From positions 2,170,001 to 2,234,000 of the forward strand of contig BQFW01000015.1 of assembly GCA_020891255.1 (NCBI GenBank): a DNA stretch of 64,000 nt, given 5' to 3'. Below, piece by piece: positions 10,801-21,793 of the stretch. This stretch comes from Entomortierella parvispora E1425. Lineage: Eukaryota > Fungi > Mortierellomycota. The notes under the pieces were generated by a model. It was not told the origin of the DNA and ran no database searches. It was given only the letters and a program-made list of their open reading frames with translations. The position numbers and the translations under genes were made by a program. Position 1 is the stretch's first letter. Every line of letters begins with the position of its first letter.

Positions 10801-13800
10801 TCGAGAAGGAGAACGACCCTACTCAGCTTCGCTCGCCCTCCCCCGGAAAGCTTGTTCGCTACCTTGTCGAGTCTGGGGATCATGTCACTTCAGGACAGGC
10901 CTATGCTGAGATTGAGGTCATGAAGATGTACATGCCCTTGATCGCCGCTGAGGACGGTATTGTCCAGTTTATTAAGCAGCCTGGTACTACTTTGGAGGCT
11001 GGTGATATCATTGGTATCCTTAGCTTGGATGATCCTTCCCGTGTCAAGCACGCCAAGCCCTTTGAGGGTCAGCTCCCTCCCATGGGCCAGCCCACCATTC
11101 ACGGAGCCAAGCCTCACCAGCGTTACCGCGAGTTGCGCCTGATCCTTGACAATGCCATGGATGGATATGACAACCAGGCCTTGGTTCAGCCCACTTTGAA
11201 GGAGATCTTTGAGGTCCTCCAGGCCCCTGAGCTTCCTTACCTCGAGTTCCATGAGGTCTTTGCTGCATTGAGCGGAAGGTATGTCCAAAGAGCAGATATG
11301 TTTTCATGATTGTTCAAGCCAGGCAAGACTTACTCATCAATTTTTCATTCCATTTATTTTAGAATTCCCCCCAAGCTGGAGATCGCTCTCCACCAGGAGG
11401 TTGAGCAGTCGAGCAAGAACCAGGAGCATTTCCCTGCCCGTACTCTCCAGGCTTTGATCGATTCGTATGTCCGCGCCAACTTCACCAAGGCTGCCGACAT
11501 CTCTGCCTTCCTTGCCTCGGTTGCCCCTATTGTCAACATTATTCAGGAATACCAGGCTGGTCTCAAGACCCACTCTTGGAGTTTCATTGCGCACTACTTG
11601 AACAAGTACCACGAGGTCGAGTCTTTGTTCGATGACTCTGCTCGCGAGGAGGAGATCTTCTTGGCTCTCCGTGACCAGAACAAGGATGATGTCGAGAAGG
11701 TCATCCGCATTGCCCTCTCGCACTCCCGTGTCACTGCCAAGAACAACCTGGTCTTGACTCTCTTGGACCAGATCAAGCCTACATCTGCTGGTGGTGCCCT
11801 TGACAAGTTCTTCTCACCCGTCCTCAAGAAGTTGGCCGAGTTGACTGGTCGCTTGACCTCCAAGGTCTCCTTGAAGGCCAGAGAGTTGTTGATCCACGTT
11901 CAGCTCCCCAGCTTCGAGGAGCGTCAACTTCAGATGGAGAAGATCCTCCGCTCCAGTGTCACTGAGGAGGTCTATGGTGGCGAGCACGAGGCCCGCATGC
12001 CCAACTATGAGAACCTCAAGGAGTTGGTCGACACCACTTACACTGTCTTTGATGTCTTGCCCAACTTCTTCTACCACGAGTCGCTCCATCTCCGTCTTGC
12101 TGCTTTTGAGGTCTACTGCCGTCGTGCCTACCACGCGTACGAGATCTTGGACATCAACTACCACATGGAGCACAACCCCTTGTTGGTTACCTGGAAGTTC
12201 CTCCTTAACACCCCCAACAGATCTTCAGAGTCTGGCCCCAACCGTGTTGCCAGTGTCAGTGATATGAGCTACTTGATCAACAAGGCTGATCCCGAACCCG
12301 TCCGCACTGGAGGTATCCTTGCTGTTCGTGATGTGCAAGAGTTGGAGGGCCGCTTCGAGAGCGTCCTCAACTTCTTCCCCTCTCACCGCTCCAACAAGCA
12401 CTTGAGCAATGTTGCTACTCCCAGCGTCCACAACAACGTGTTGAACGTTGTTGTCAAGTCAGAGTCGGTCCACCCCAACGACGATGATTACTGGCTCAAC
12501 CTCCTCGGACCCATTGTCAAGGCCCAGTCTGAGCGTCTTCGCTCCCACGGAATCCGTCGCATGACCTTCTTGATCTTCCGTCAGGGCAACTACCCCTCGT
12601 ACTTCACTTTCCGTGAGCGTAACAACTACGCCGAGGACCAGACCATCCGTCACATTGAACCTGCTATGGCTTACCGTCTGGAGTTGTCTCGTCTCTCCAA
12701 CTTTGACATCAAGCCCTGCTTCATTGACAACCGTCAGGTCCATGTCTACTATGCTGTCGGCAAGGAGAACATCTCGGACTGCCGCTTCTTTGTTTGCGCT
12801 CTTGTCCGCCCTGGTCGCCTTCGCTCCAGTGTCCGTACTGCTGATTACTTGATCTCTGAGACTGATCGTCTGTTGAACGACATTTTGGATGCCCTCGAGA
12901 TTGTCGGTGCTACCTACAAGCAGAGTGACTGCAACCACTTGTTCATCAACTTCATCCCCACCTTCCAACTGGATGCCACTGAGGTCGAGACTGCCCTCAA
13001 GGGATTCATTGACCGTCACGGCAAGCGTCTCTGGCGCCTTCGCGTCACTGGAGCTGAGATCCGTTTCAACGTCCAGTCCAAGTCCGCCAACGGTCTTGAG
13101 GCCTCCGACCCCATCCCCTTGCGCTTCATCATCTCGAACGTTTCCGGCTATGTCTTGAACGTCGACACCTACCGCGAGATCCAGACCGAGAAGGGTGCTA
13201 TCTTCAAGTCTGTTGGCCCCACTGGTCCCTTCCACTTGTTGCCTGTGAACCAGCCCTACCCTACCAAGGAATGGCTCCAGCCCAGACGTTACAAGGCTCA
13301 CTTGATGGGTACCACCTACGTCTATGACTTTGGCGAGCTCTTCCGTCAGGCCGTCCGTGCTCAATGGAACCACGCCATCAAGGAGAACTCGTCCCTCAAG
13401 GCTCCTTCTCAGGTTTTGGAAATGCACGAGTTGGTCTTGGATGACAAGCAGCAGCTCCAGCAGGTCATCCGTGATGCTGGTTCCAACACCTGCGGTATGG
13501 TTGCCTGGATCTTCACTTTGCGCACTCCCGAGTACCCCGAGGGTCGCCAGATCATCGTGATTGCCAACGATATCACCTTCAACATTGGTTCTTTCGGACC
13601 CGAGGAGGACTTGCTCTTCTTCAAGGCTTCCGAGATGGCCCGTAAAATGGGTATCCCCCGTGTCTACCTTTCTGCCAACTCTGGTGCTCGTATTGGTCTT
13701 GCCAGCGAAGTCATTGGCTTGTTCAACTCTTGCTGGAACGACGCCTCGAACCCCGCCAAGGGTTTCAAGTACATCTACTTGACCGATGCTGGCCTCAAGC

Positions 13801-15658
13801 AGTTGCAGGCCCAGGAGGAGCGCTCTGGCAAGAAGAGTGTCATCACCGAAACTGTTGTCGAGGATGGTGAGACCCGCCACAAGATTACAGATGTCATTGG
13901 TGCCGTCGATGGTCTTGGAGTTGAGAACTTGCGTGGATCTGGTTTGATTGCCGGAGAGACTTCCCGTGCCTACGACGACATCTTCACCATCACTTTGGTT
14001 ACTTGCCGCTCTGTTGGTATGTATTTTATTTTGTTTCTCTGTTTCATTTAAGAATGTTGATGTTGGGACGTGTTTTTAAAACTGAATTCCTTTTTTCAAT
14101 AGGTATCGGTGCTTACTTGGTTCGCTTGGGTCAGCGTACCATTCAGAATGAGGGCCAGCCCATCATTTTGACTGGTGCCCCTGCGTTGAACAAGTTGTTG
14201 GGCCGTGATGTCTACACCTCCAACTTGCAGCTCGGAGGAACCCAGATCATGTACAAGAACGGTGTCTCTCACTTGACTGCCCAGAACGACTATGAAGGTA
14301 TCGGCAAGATTGTCAACTGGCTCTCGTACGTGCCTGAGCGTAAGAACGCCCCCGTCCCCATCACCGTCAGCAGCGATCCTTGGGACCGTAACATCGACTT
14401 CATGCCTCCCAAGGGTGCCGTTTACGATCCCCGCTGGTTGATTGCCGGTAAGGAAGTCGAGGAAGAGGAGGGCGGTTTCCAGTCTGGATTCTTCGATAAG
14501 GGCTCCTTCACTGAGACCTTGACTGGCTGGGCTCGCACTGTTGTCGTCGGTCGCGCTCGTCTGGGAGGTGTTCCCATGGGTGTTATCGCCGTCGAGACCC
14601 GCTCTGTCGAGCACATCATCCCCGCTGATCCTGCCAACGGCGACTCTGTCGAGCAAGTTTTGATGGAGGCTGGTAACGTCTGGTACCCTAACTCTGCCTA
14701 CAAGACTGCTCAGGCCATCAACGATTTCAACAAGGGAGAGCAGTTGCCTTTGATGATCTTTGCCAACTGGCGTGGATTCTCTGGTGGTCAGCGTGACATG
14801 TACAACGAGATCCTCAAGTACGGATCTTTCATTGTCGATGCTCTCAGCTCCTACAAGCAGCCCGTCTTTGTCTATGTCGTGCCCAACGGAGAGCTTCGTG
14901 GAGGTGCTTGGGTCGTTGTGGACCCCACCATTAACGAGAACATGATGGAGATGTACGCTGATAAGCGTGCCAGAGCTGGTGTTCTCGAGCCCGAGGGTCT
15001 TGTTGAGATCAAGTTCCGTAAGGCCCAGCTTTTGGCCACGATGGAGCGCTTGGATGAGAAATACAAGGCTTTGAAGGCCCAGTACGAGGATCCTGCCTTG
15101 ACAGGAGCTGACCGTGAGCAGATCAAGGTCAAGTTGACTGAGCGCGAACAAGAGTTGCTCCCCGTTTACCAGCAGCTCGCTATCCAGTTTGCTGATCTCC
15201 ACGATACCGCTGGTCGTATGAAGGCCAAGGGTACCATTCGCGAGGCCTTGGACTGGACTAACGCTCGTCGCTACTTCTACTGGCGTGTGCGCAGAAGATT
15301 GGCCGAGGAGTACGCCCGTCGCCGCATGACCATTGCCAACAAGAGCTTGACGCGCGAGGAGCAGACCAAGACTCTCGTCGGCTGGTTCGGTCGCGACACT
15401 GTCCACGGCTCTGAGAGCGATTTGAACCAGATCTGGGAGTCTGAGGACCGTGTTGTGTTGGAGTGGTTCGAGGGCCATGACCGCAAGCTCGATGGACTTA
15501 TCCAGGAGTTGAGCACTGTTGGAACCGCCAACGAGATCTTGAGAATGTATACCTCTAACCGCGCCGGTGTCGTCGAGGGCTTTGACCGTATCCTGCAGAG
15601 CCTTTCGGATCAGGAGAAGCAGGACATCTTGGCCAAGTTTGCCACCATGTCTGTGTAA
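7808..15658 (+). CDS. ACC1: Acetyl-CoA carboxylase (BC-BCCP-central-CT), 5 exons
   Basis: Exons 7808-7835, 7960-8308, 9173-11278, 11363-14016, 14103-15658. Motifs: [54 protein letters not shown], biotinylation motif [29 protein letters not shown]. Confidence 0.99.
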
Positions 15659-15737
15659 ATTGTCAGTCTTTTTCTTATTTTGTTTTGTCAGTTTTATTCC
15701 TTTTCTATTCTCAATTTTTTTTGTTACCACCATCAAC

Positions 15738-15739
<2 letters not shown>

Positions 15740-15825
<86 letters not shown>

Positions 15826-15843
15826 ACCACCACCACCACCACC
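15740..15843 (+). repeat. (CA)n microsatellite of about 40 units followed by (CAC)n, in the ACC1 3' region
   Basis: Directly visible perfect AC run 15740-15823, then CAC repeats. Confidence 0.98.
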
Positions 15844-16358
15844 AATATGAACCTTTTCGAAAGATAGGAAGAAGGGGAAATAAGGGAACAACCTTTTTCT
15901 TGTCCTAGAACAGGAGCATTGTAAAATTATATAATAAATTGTAAGTGTTGCCAAAGATTCTTTGTTGAAAATGTGGGACATGGTGTGAGGACGGACTAGG
16001 TTCATCATCAGTCCTCTCAACTTTGGTTCATCTTTCACATCAATGAAGCCGTGGATACCAAATGTCTAGATCCCCCCAACGTTGAGCCTCTATTGCGTTG
16101 CAATCTGTGATGACCGTCAGAGATGGAAATATGGTTCATCTCCAAGAAAGGTGACACCTCACTCTCCCCTTGTTCTGCCATTGCCACACGCGCGCCGTCA
16201 ATTTTGCATGATTTTTGCGCATCAAAGAACCGTAACCGCGACAAGCTTCGACACTGTCGTTCTTGGGCCGTGGTTGCCGCAGTCTGTTCGTTCAGGAAAT
16301 AAAAAGCCCCTCCCCCCCACGCTCTCTGCTTCTTTTCTTCTGTCAATCATCCACCACC

Positions 16359-17489
16359 ATGCCCGTCACCACGTACCCTTGCAACAACACTGTTGAAACT
16401 TTCAAAAGCAAATACGACCCTATCCGGTCGGCCGAGTTCTATGCCAAGAACCCATTCGAGATTGTCCGAGGCAGGTTCAAGGAAAACGGCGAGGTCTTCC
16501 AGTCTTCGTTCCCTCTGCCCAGCAAGAACTGTTCCGAGAACGATGACATAGTACCGTCCGGAAACTACAATGGATTCGTGGACACGGCCATGCGAGCGTA
16601 CAACCAACATTATCACCTTGTGATTCGCCCGGACGATGTCTGGATCGCTATCCTGTCCCAATTCAACTTCTTTGTAAACGCTAACGCAGAGCAGCTTCGA
16701 CATCTCTTTGTGGCCCATAAAGGCAAAAAGGAGCTGTCCATCTCGGCGTCAGGCACCCGATACACGGTCGACTTTGGACACATGGCTAAACAAATGGGAG
16801 AATTGATCCAAAAGAACGTGGTCGATCCCAGTCTTCGAGAATGGCTCATGCCCGAGTTCACGACCACAACCCAGAATGATATCATCATCTCGAGCGTGAT
16901 TATGATGTCGACCCTCAAGAAGTATTTCAGCTACCGCTTCTTTTGCTTCTGTGGTCTTCCCGCGGTCACGTTGCTGGGCGAAAAGGAAGACTGGGAGAAG
17001 ATGCTGGACAAGGTTGAGAAGCTCAAGGACTATGGAACAGAGACTACTCAATGGTATAACGTTCTCAGGCCGGTGCTCTCTGGATTCGTCAACACCTTCA
17101 ACAAGCCCGAGGCAGACAGTACCAAGGACTTTTGGCAAAATATTGCGGACCACCGAAAAGGCGGTAGCGGTCCCAGTTACCTTTCTGGATGGATTACCGC
17201 ATTCTGTTACTTTGACTCGGATGGTAAGCCCAATGGGACCCGCGGTGAGGGTCCCGTTCTGGTCTTGGATGGTGTCAGATTCTACCAGGTAGATACTGAA
17301 GACATTCCCTCGGCTTTTGCTGAAGTGCCGGTGGCCTTGAATGACAACGGCGTAGAGATCAAGACGGTGATGATTGCTGGATTGCTTGGAATGAGAGTGA
17401 GTGGAGCCAACAAAGGCACAGTGCAGCCGCAATCTGCTTGGTGGATCGCCCAGGAGATCAGGACAGAGACCGATGACAAGGAGACGTAA
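16359..17489 (+). CDS. DUF4419-family protein, tandem copy A (intronless)
   Basis: ATG at 16359 in CCACCACCATG context, TATA-like AATAAAAAG ~16297. Motifs NGFVDTA..AY..H.HLVIRPDDVWIAI, FTTTT, CGLPAVTLLGEKEDW, GSGPSYLSGWITAFC recognised as DUF4419-like from memory. Confidence 0.8.
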   Translation: MPVTTYPCNNTVETFKSKYDPIRSAEFYAKNPFEIVRGRFKENGEVFQSSFPLPSKNCSENDDIVPSGNYNGFVDTAMRAYNQHYHLVIRPDDVWIAILSQFNFFVNANAEQLRHLFVAHKGKKELSISASGTRYTVDFGHMAKQMGELIQKNVVDPSLREWLMPEFTTTTQNDIIISSVIMMSTLKKYFSYRFFCFCGLPAVTLLGEKEDWEKMLDKVEKLKDYGTETTQWYNVLRPVLSGFVNTFNKPEADSTKDFWQNIADHRKGGSGPSYLSGWITAFCYFDSDGKPNGTRGEGPVLVLDGVRFYQVDTEDIPSAFAEVPVALNDNGVEIKTVMIAGLLGMRVSGANKGTVQPQSAWWIAQEIRTETDDKET

Positions 17490-18134
17490 CCTAGCTTTCT
17501 AGGCCTCTCTTTTCCCTTTCTTTTTCCCTCTTTATTTTCTTGACAAGAAGCCGAATGTGGTTCCGCACCCATGTCAGTTTTCCAGAATAAATCCAGTGAG
17601 TTTCACGCTCTCTCCCCGCCAGTCTATTTATATTTTATGACGACCTCAGTTCACCGCGATGGCGAGGCTTTATCGGACAATCAAGTAATCAACAGAACTT
17701 TCTTTATTAGAGTGAACAAGTGTGTTCGATTGTTATCGATGGATGCCAAGTTCTGACAGTGAGGTTTGGGGGCAGTGGTCACCTTGTTGTCGCCATCGTT
17801 GTTGTCAGATAATCGGTCCTGGTGAATCCTCTTTGAACTAGATGAGGGAGGCGAGATGAGGGAGGCGAGATGGCCTTGGAGCTCTGTGTGACCAAGCGCC
17901 AAACATCGCGCACGCGCTGGGGCCATGCACAGGAGATGACGTGTGTACGCTGCGGGGTCTCAAGAAAGAGCTTCGTCCTCCTTGGGGACCGCGGTGCATC
18001 ATATTTTCGTGCTAGCCGTGCAATGCAATCGTGGAGCAATCTCCCAAAAAATCTTTAAGTATAAAAAATGAGGTCGTTTCCCCTCTTTTTTTTTTTTTTA
18101 CCTTTTTTCACACTCAACCACTCAACCCATCGCC

Positions 18135-19280
18135 ATGCCAATCACCGTTCACCCCAGCAACAACGCTCTCGAGACCGTCGCCACCAACCCCGAGTGGAAT
18201 CCTGCATGGTCGACCGACTTCCTGACAAAGAACCCCTTCGAGACTGTTCGATCGCAGTTCAAGGAGAATGGTGAGATCTTCCAGTCCTCGTTTCCCACGC
18301 CGTCCAAGGATTGCTCCGACGACGACTTCATTATGCAAACAGACAACCAGAACGGATTCGTGGACACGGCTTTGTGCGCGTACAACAAGCATCATCACCT
18401 TGTACTCCGTCCGGACGATATCTGGATTGCCATCATTGCCCAGTTCAACCTCTTTGTGAACGCCAACGCGGAGCAGCTTCGACATCTCTTTGTTGCCCAT
18501 GAAGGCAAAAAGGAGTTGACAGTGGTGGCAGCTGGCAACCGATACACGCCCAACAACGGAGACATGGCTGTCCAGATGGGAGAGCTCATCCAGAAGAATG
18601 TGGTCGATCCCAGTCTTCGAGAGTGGATTATACCCGGATTCACCACCACCACTGAGAGCGATACCATCATCTCAAGTGTTATCATGATGTCGACCCTCAA
18701 GAAGTACTTCAGCTTCCGCTTCACAAAGATGTGTGGACTTCCTGCGGTCACGTTGCTGGGCGAGAAAGAGGACTGGGACAAGATTTTGGACAAGATTGAG
18801 AAGCTGAAGGAGTATGGCGAGGTCACTACGCAATGGCACGGTCTTCTCAAGCCAGTCCTCACTGGATTCGTCAACACCTTTGACCAACCCGAGGCAGACA
18901 GCACCAAGGACTTTTGGCAAAAGATTGCGGACCACCGAAGCGGCGGCAGCGGTCCCAGCTACCTTTCCGGATGGATCACTGCATTCTGCTTCTTCGACAC
19001 GGATGGACAGTCGCTTTACCGCCCACCCACGGAGCGCAGCGGCCAAGTGCTGATTATGGATGGTGCCACCTACCACCACGTGGATACCAATGATATCCCT
19101 CCTGCCTTTGCAGAGGTACCCGTATTGCTGAATGACAACGGTGTCGAGTTCAAGACGGTGATGATTGCTGGACTGCTTGGCATGAGGGTCTCTGGAGGTA
19201 ACAAGGACACAGTGCGGCCTCAGCCTGCATGGTGGATCGCCCAGGAGATCAGGACAGAGGACGACAACAAGGATGCCTAA
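18135..19280 (+). CDS. DUF4419-family protein, tandem copy B (intronless)
   Basis: Clear paralog of copy A across its full length; TATAAAAA at ~18060 upstream; open 381-aa ORF. Confidence 0.82.
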   Translation: MPITVHPSNNALETVATNPEWNPAWSTDFLTKNPFETVRSQFKENGEIFQSSFPTPSKDCSDDDFIMQTDNQNGFVDTALCAYNKHHHLVLRPDDIWIAIIAQFNLFVNANAEQLRHLFVAHEGKKELTVVAAGNRYTPNNGDMAVQMGELIQKNVVDPSLREWIIPGFTTTTESDTIISSVIMMSTLKKYFSFRFTKMCGLPAVTLLGEKEDWDKILDKIEKLKEYGEVTTQWHGLLKPVLTGFVNTFDQPEADSTKDFWQKIADHRSGGSGPSYLSGWITAFCFFDTDGQSLYRPPTERSGQVLIMDGATYHHVDTNDIPPAFAEVPVLLNDNGVEFKTVMIAGLLGMRVSGGNKDTVRPQPAWWIAQEIRTEDDNKDA

Positions 19281-19776
19281 TTTAGCCCCCTATACCATTT
19301 TTTATCCTCGACAGGAGGCAGAGGCACCATGCCAACATCAGCCGCGTCTTCTCCAATAAATATGGCCAGTTTTGGTACTCCACGCCCTCAGACTTAATCC
19401 TCTTGCTCAAGGACACGATGGAGACCTGGTATTTTTGGCCGTCTAAGTGTTTCCTGAACCCCTATCAATAAAAGTGCCCCGAAATAAAGTTGCCTCTTCA
19501 GTTCTTGACTAGAAGTTCGCGCTGCCGACGCGCTGAGAGGCGCGGAACAATGTGGAGCAAAAGATCGAAGGCGAATGAAAAATCAGCGCAGCAGTTAACC
19601 ACGATGAGTGAATGGAGAACAACACGACCTTGGGCCTAGGCTGTCGGTGTGGCAGTGAAAACTGCTTCATAAATGCTAAGTCTGTATTCAATTTTAGTTT
19701 TCCTTTTTTCTTTCTTTTTCTTTTTCGTTTCTCTGCCACCAACAACCCTTTTACAACCACCACTATCTTCATCACC

Positions 19777-20916
19777 ATGCCCATCACCGTTCATCCCGGC
19801 AATAAAGCTGCAGCAGTCGTCGACACTGACTATGAATCTCCAAGGACAGCCAGTTCCTTCACAAAGAATCCATTCGAGATTGTCCGACAGAGATTCAAAG
19901 AGAACGGCGAGGTCTTCCAGGCCTCGTTCCCGACACCGTCCAACAATGGCTCTAGCAAAGATCTTATTTTGGGCACAAAGAATTACAATGGGTTCGTGGA
20001 CACGGCCGTGAGAGCCTATAGTGATCACCATCATCTTGTGATTCGCCCGGACGATGTCTGGATCGCCATTTTGTCCCAATTCAACTTCTTTGTCAACGCC
20101 AACGCGGAACAGCTCCGACATCTCTTTGTGGCTCATGAAGGCAAAAAGGAGCTGACGATCGTGGCGGCAGGCACTCGATACACGGTGGATTTTGGCAACC
20201 TGGCCAAGCAGATGGGAGAGCTCATCCAGCAGAATGTGGTCGACCCTAGTTTACGAGAGTGGATCATGCCCGAGTTTACAACTACGACCGAGAACGATAC
20301 CATTGTCTCGAGCGTCATCATGATGTCGACGCTGAAAAAGTATTTCAGCTACCGGATTGTCCTTCGGTGCGGTCTCCCTTCCGTCACTTTGCTGGGTGAA
20401 AGAGAAGACTGGGAAAAGATGCTGGAGAGGATCGAGAAACTCAAGGAGTATGGTGAGGAGACCACGCTGTGGTACAGTCTTCTCAAGCCCGTTCTGACTG
20501 GATTCGTCAACACCTTCAACCATCCCGAGGCCAAAGCCACAAAGGACTTTTGGCAAAAGATTGCTCATCACAAAAGTGGCGGCAGTGGTCCAAGCTACCT
20601 TTCGGGATGGATCACAGCATTCTGTTTTTTTGACAATGACGGAGTCTCCCTTTACCGCCCGCCTTCAGCCTCCAAAGCTGGCACGCTGACGTTGGATGGC
20701 GTTGCGTTCCATCGAGTAGACACCAACGATATTCCTTCAGGCTTTGCCGAGGTGCCGGTCTTGCTCAATGACAATGGCGAGATTTTCAACACCGTCATGA
20801 TGGCTGGACTCCTTGGAATGAGGGTATCGGGACCTAAAAAGAACACATTGCAGCCACAGTTGGCATGGTGGATCGCCAATGAGATCAGGACAGGTCTGGA
20901 CGGCAAGGAGAAGTAG
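19777..20916 (+). CDS. DUF4419-family protein, tandem copy C (intronless)
   Basis: ATG at 19777 (MPITVHPG) aligns with the starts of A and B, and the same conserved motifs are present; CATAAAT upstream. Confidence 0.82.
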   Translation: MPITVHPGNKAAAVVDTDYESPRTASSFTKNPFEIVRQRFKENGEVFQASFPTPSNNGSSKDLILGTKNYNGFVDTAVRAYSDHHHLVIRPDDVWIAILSQFNFFVNANAEQLRHLFVAHEGKKELTIVAAGTRYTVDFGNLAKQMGELIQQNVVDPSLREWIMPEFTTTTENDTIVSSVIMMSTLKKYFSYRIVLRCGLPSVTLLGEREDWEKMLERIEKLKEYGEETTLWYSLLKPVLTGFVNTFNHPEAKATKDFWQKIAHHKSGGSGPSYLSGWITAFCFFDNDGVSLYRPPSASKAGTLTLDGVAFHRVDTNDIPSGFAEVPVLLNDNGEIFNTVMMAGLLGMRVSGPKKNTLQPQLAWWIANEIRTGLDGKEK

Positions 20917-21134
20917 CCTCATTCACAATGTCTCTGGATTGTTCAACAAAAAAAACTTGATGCTCGTAAGGAGGTATAGTGAGTAGTTCAATTGGATGGC
21001 AAGGAGGCAGGATTGGCCTATTTTCGAGCATGTACGACAGGGCAGGAGAATATACCATGCATGCTTCACAGACACAATCTACCAATACCAGTCGTTTACA
21101 AAACTTGAAATACATTTTTTTTTATATCTATCTC

Positions 21135-21761
21135 CTACAATGATTCTTGTATTACCATCATATGTTGTGGTAGTTGCTGGACACCCAGTCCATCCACCCA
21201 TCCACCGTAATGATCCAGGCAGTGGCATCCACAACCTGTTGGACAAACATTGTTTTTCTCTTGGACAAACCATTCATACAAATGATCCGCATGCCCTCCA
21301 TGGGCACATTTAAGACAGACAGTCGTTCGTCCCCGACCTTGCAAATGACAGATAGAACACTTGATCCCAATTCGCGTTTTTCGACAGAAATCGCACATCG
21401 TCCCCGGTTTGATCGGTGTCTCGCACTCAAAACATTTGTTGAGGATCTGAGGCCCCAATCGATCGATCCCAAGTACCTGTTCCAGTGCAGAAGGCTGATC
21501 CTCCTTGGCCAGCATGGAGGTCGAAGAAATGGAAGAGTGGCTCGATTTCTCTTGGTTTTGTTGCGCTCGCAACTCGCGGGAACTGGCGGCAGTAGGTCGG
21601 GTGCTGCTGCTCTTCTTCAGCGTCAAAAACTTGAGGAGCTCTGCTCGAGCCTCAAAAAGACCCCAGCTGAACATCATCTCAGCATAGAGCAAACGCCAAG
21701 TGTCATGCTGAGATTCCTTACTCGGATCCAAAAGTGGTATATTCATGGGCCTGGTGATGTT

Positions 21762-21793
<32 letters not shown>

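Noticed and set aside
9150-15820. Long antisense ORFs opposite ACC1 (446, 473 and 574 aa)
   Set aside because: Shadow ORFs produced by the strong C/T-ending codon bias of ACC1. They have no recognisable motifs and end near ACC1 exon boundaries.
15567-16038. ORFs with poly-HT or poly-VC tracts
   Set aside because: Translations of the (CA)n microsatellite.
16347-20571. Similar antisense ORFs (MGHKEMSKLL, MGNKEMSKLL, MSHKEMSELF) repeated three times
   Set aside because: Similarity is a by-product of homology between the sense-strand DUF4419 paralogs.
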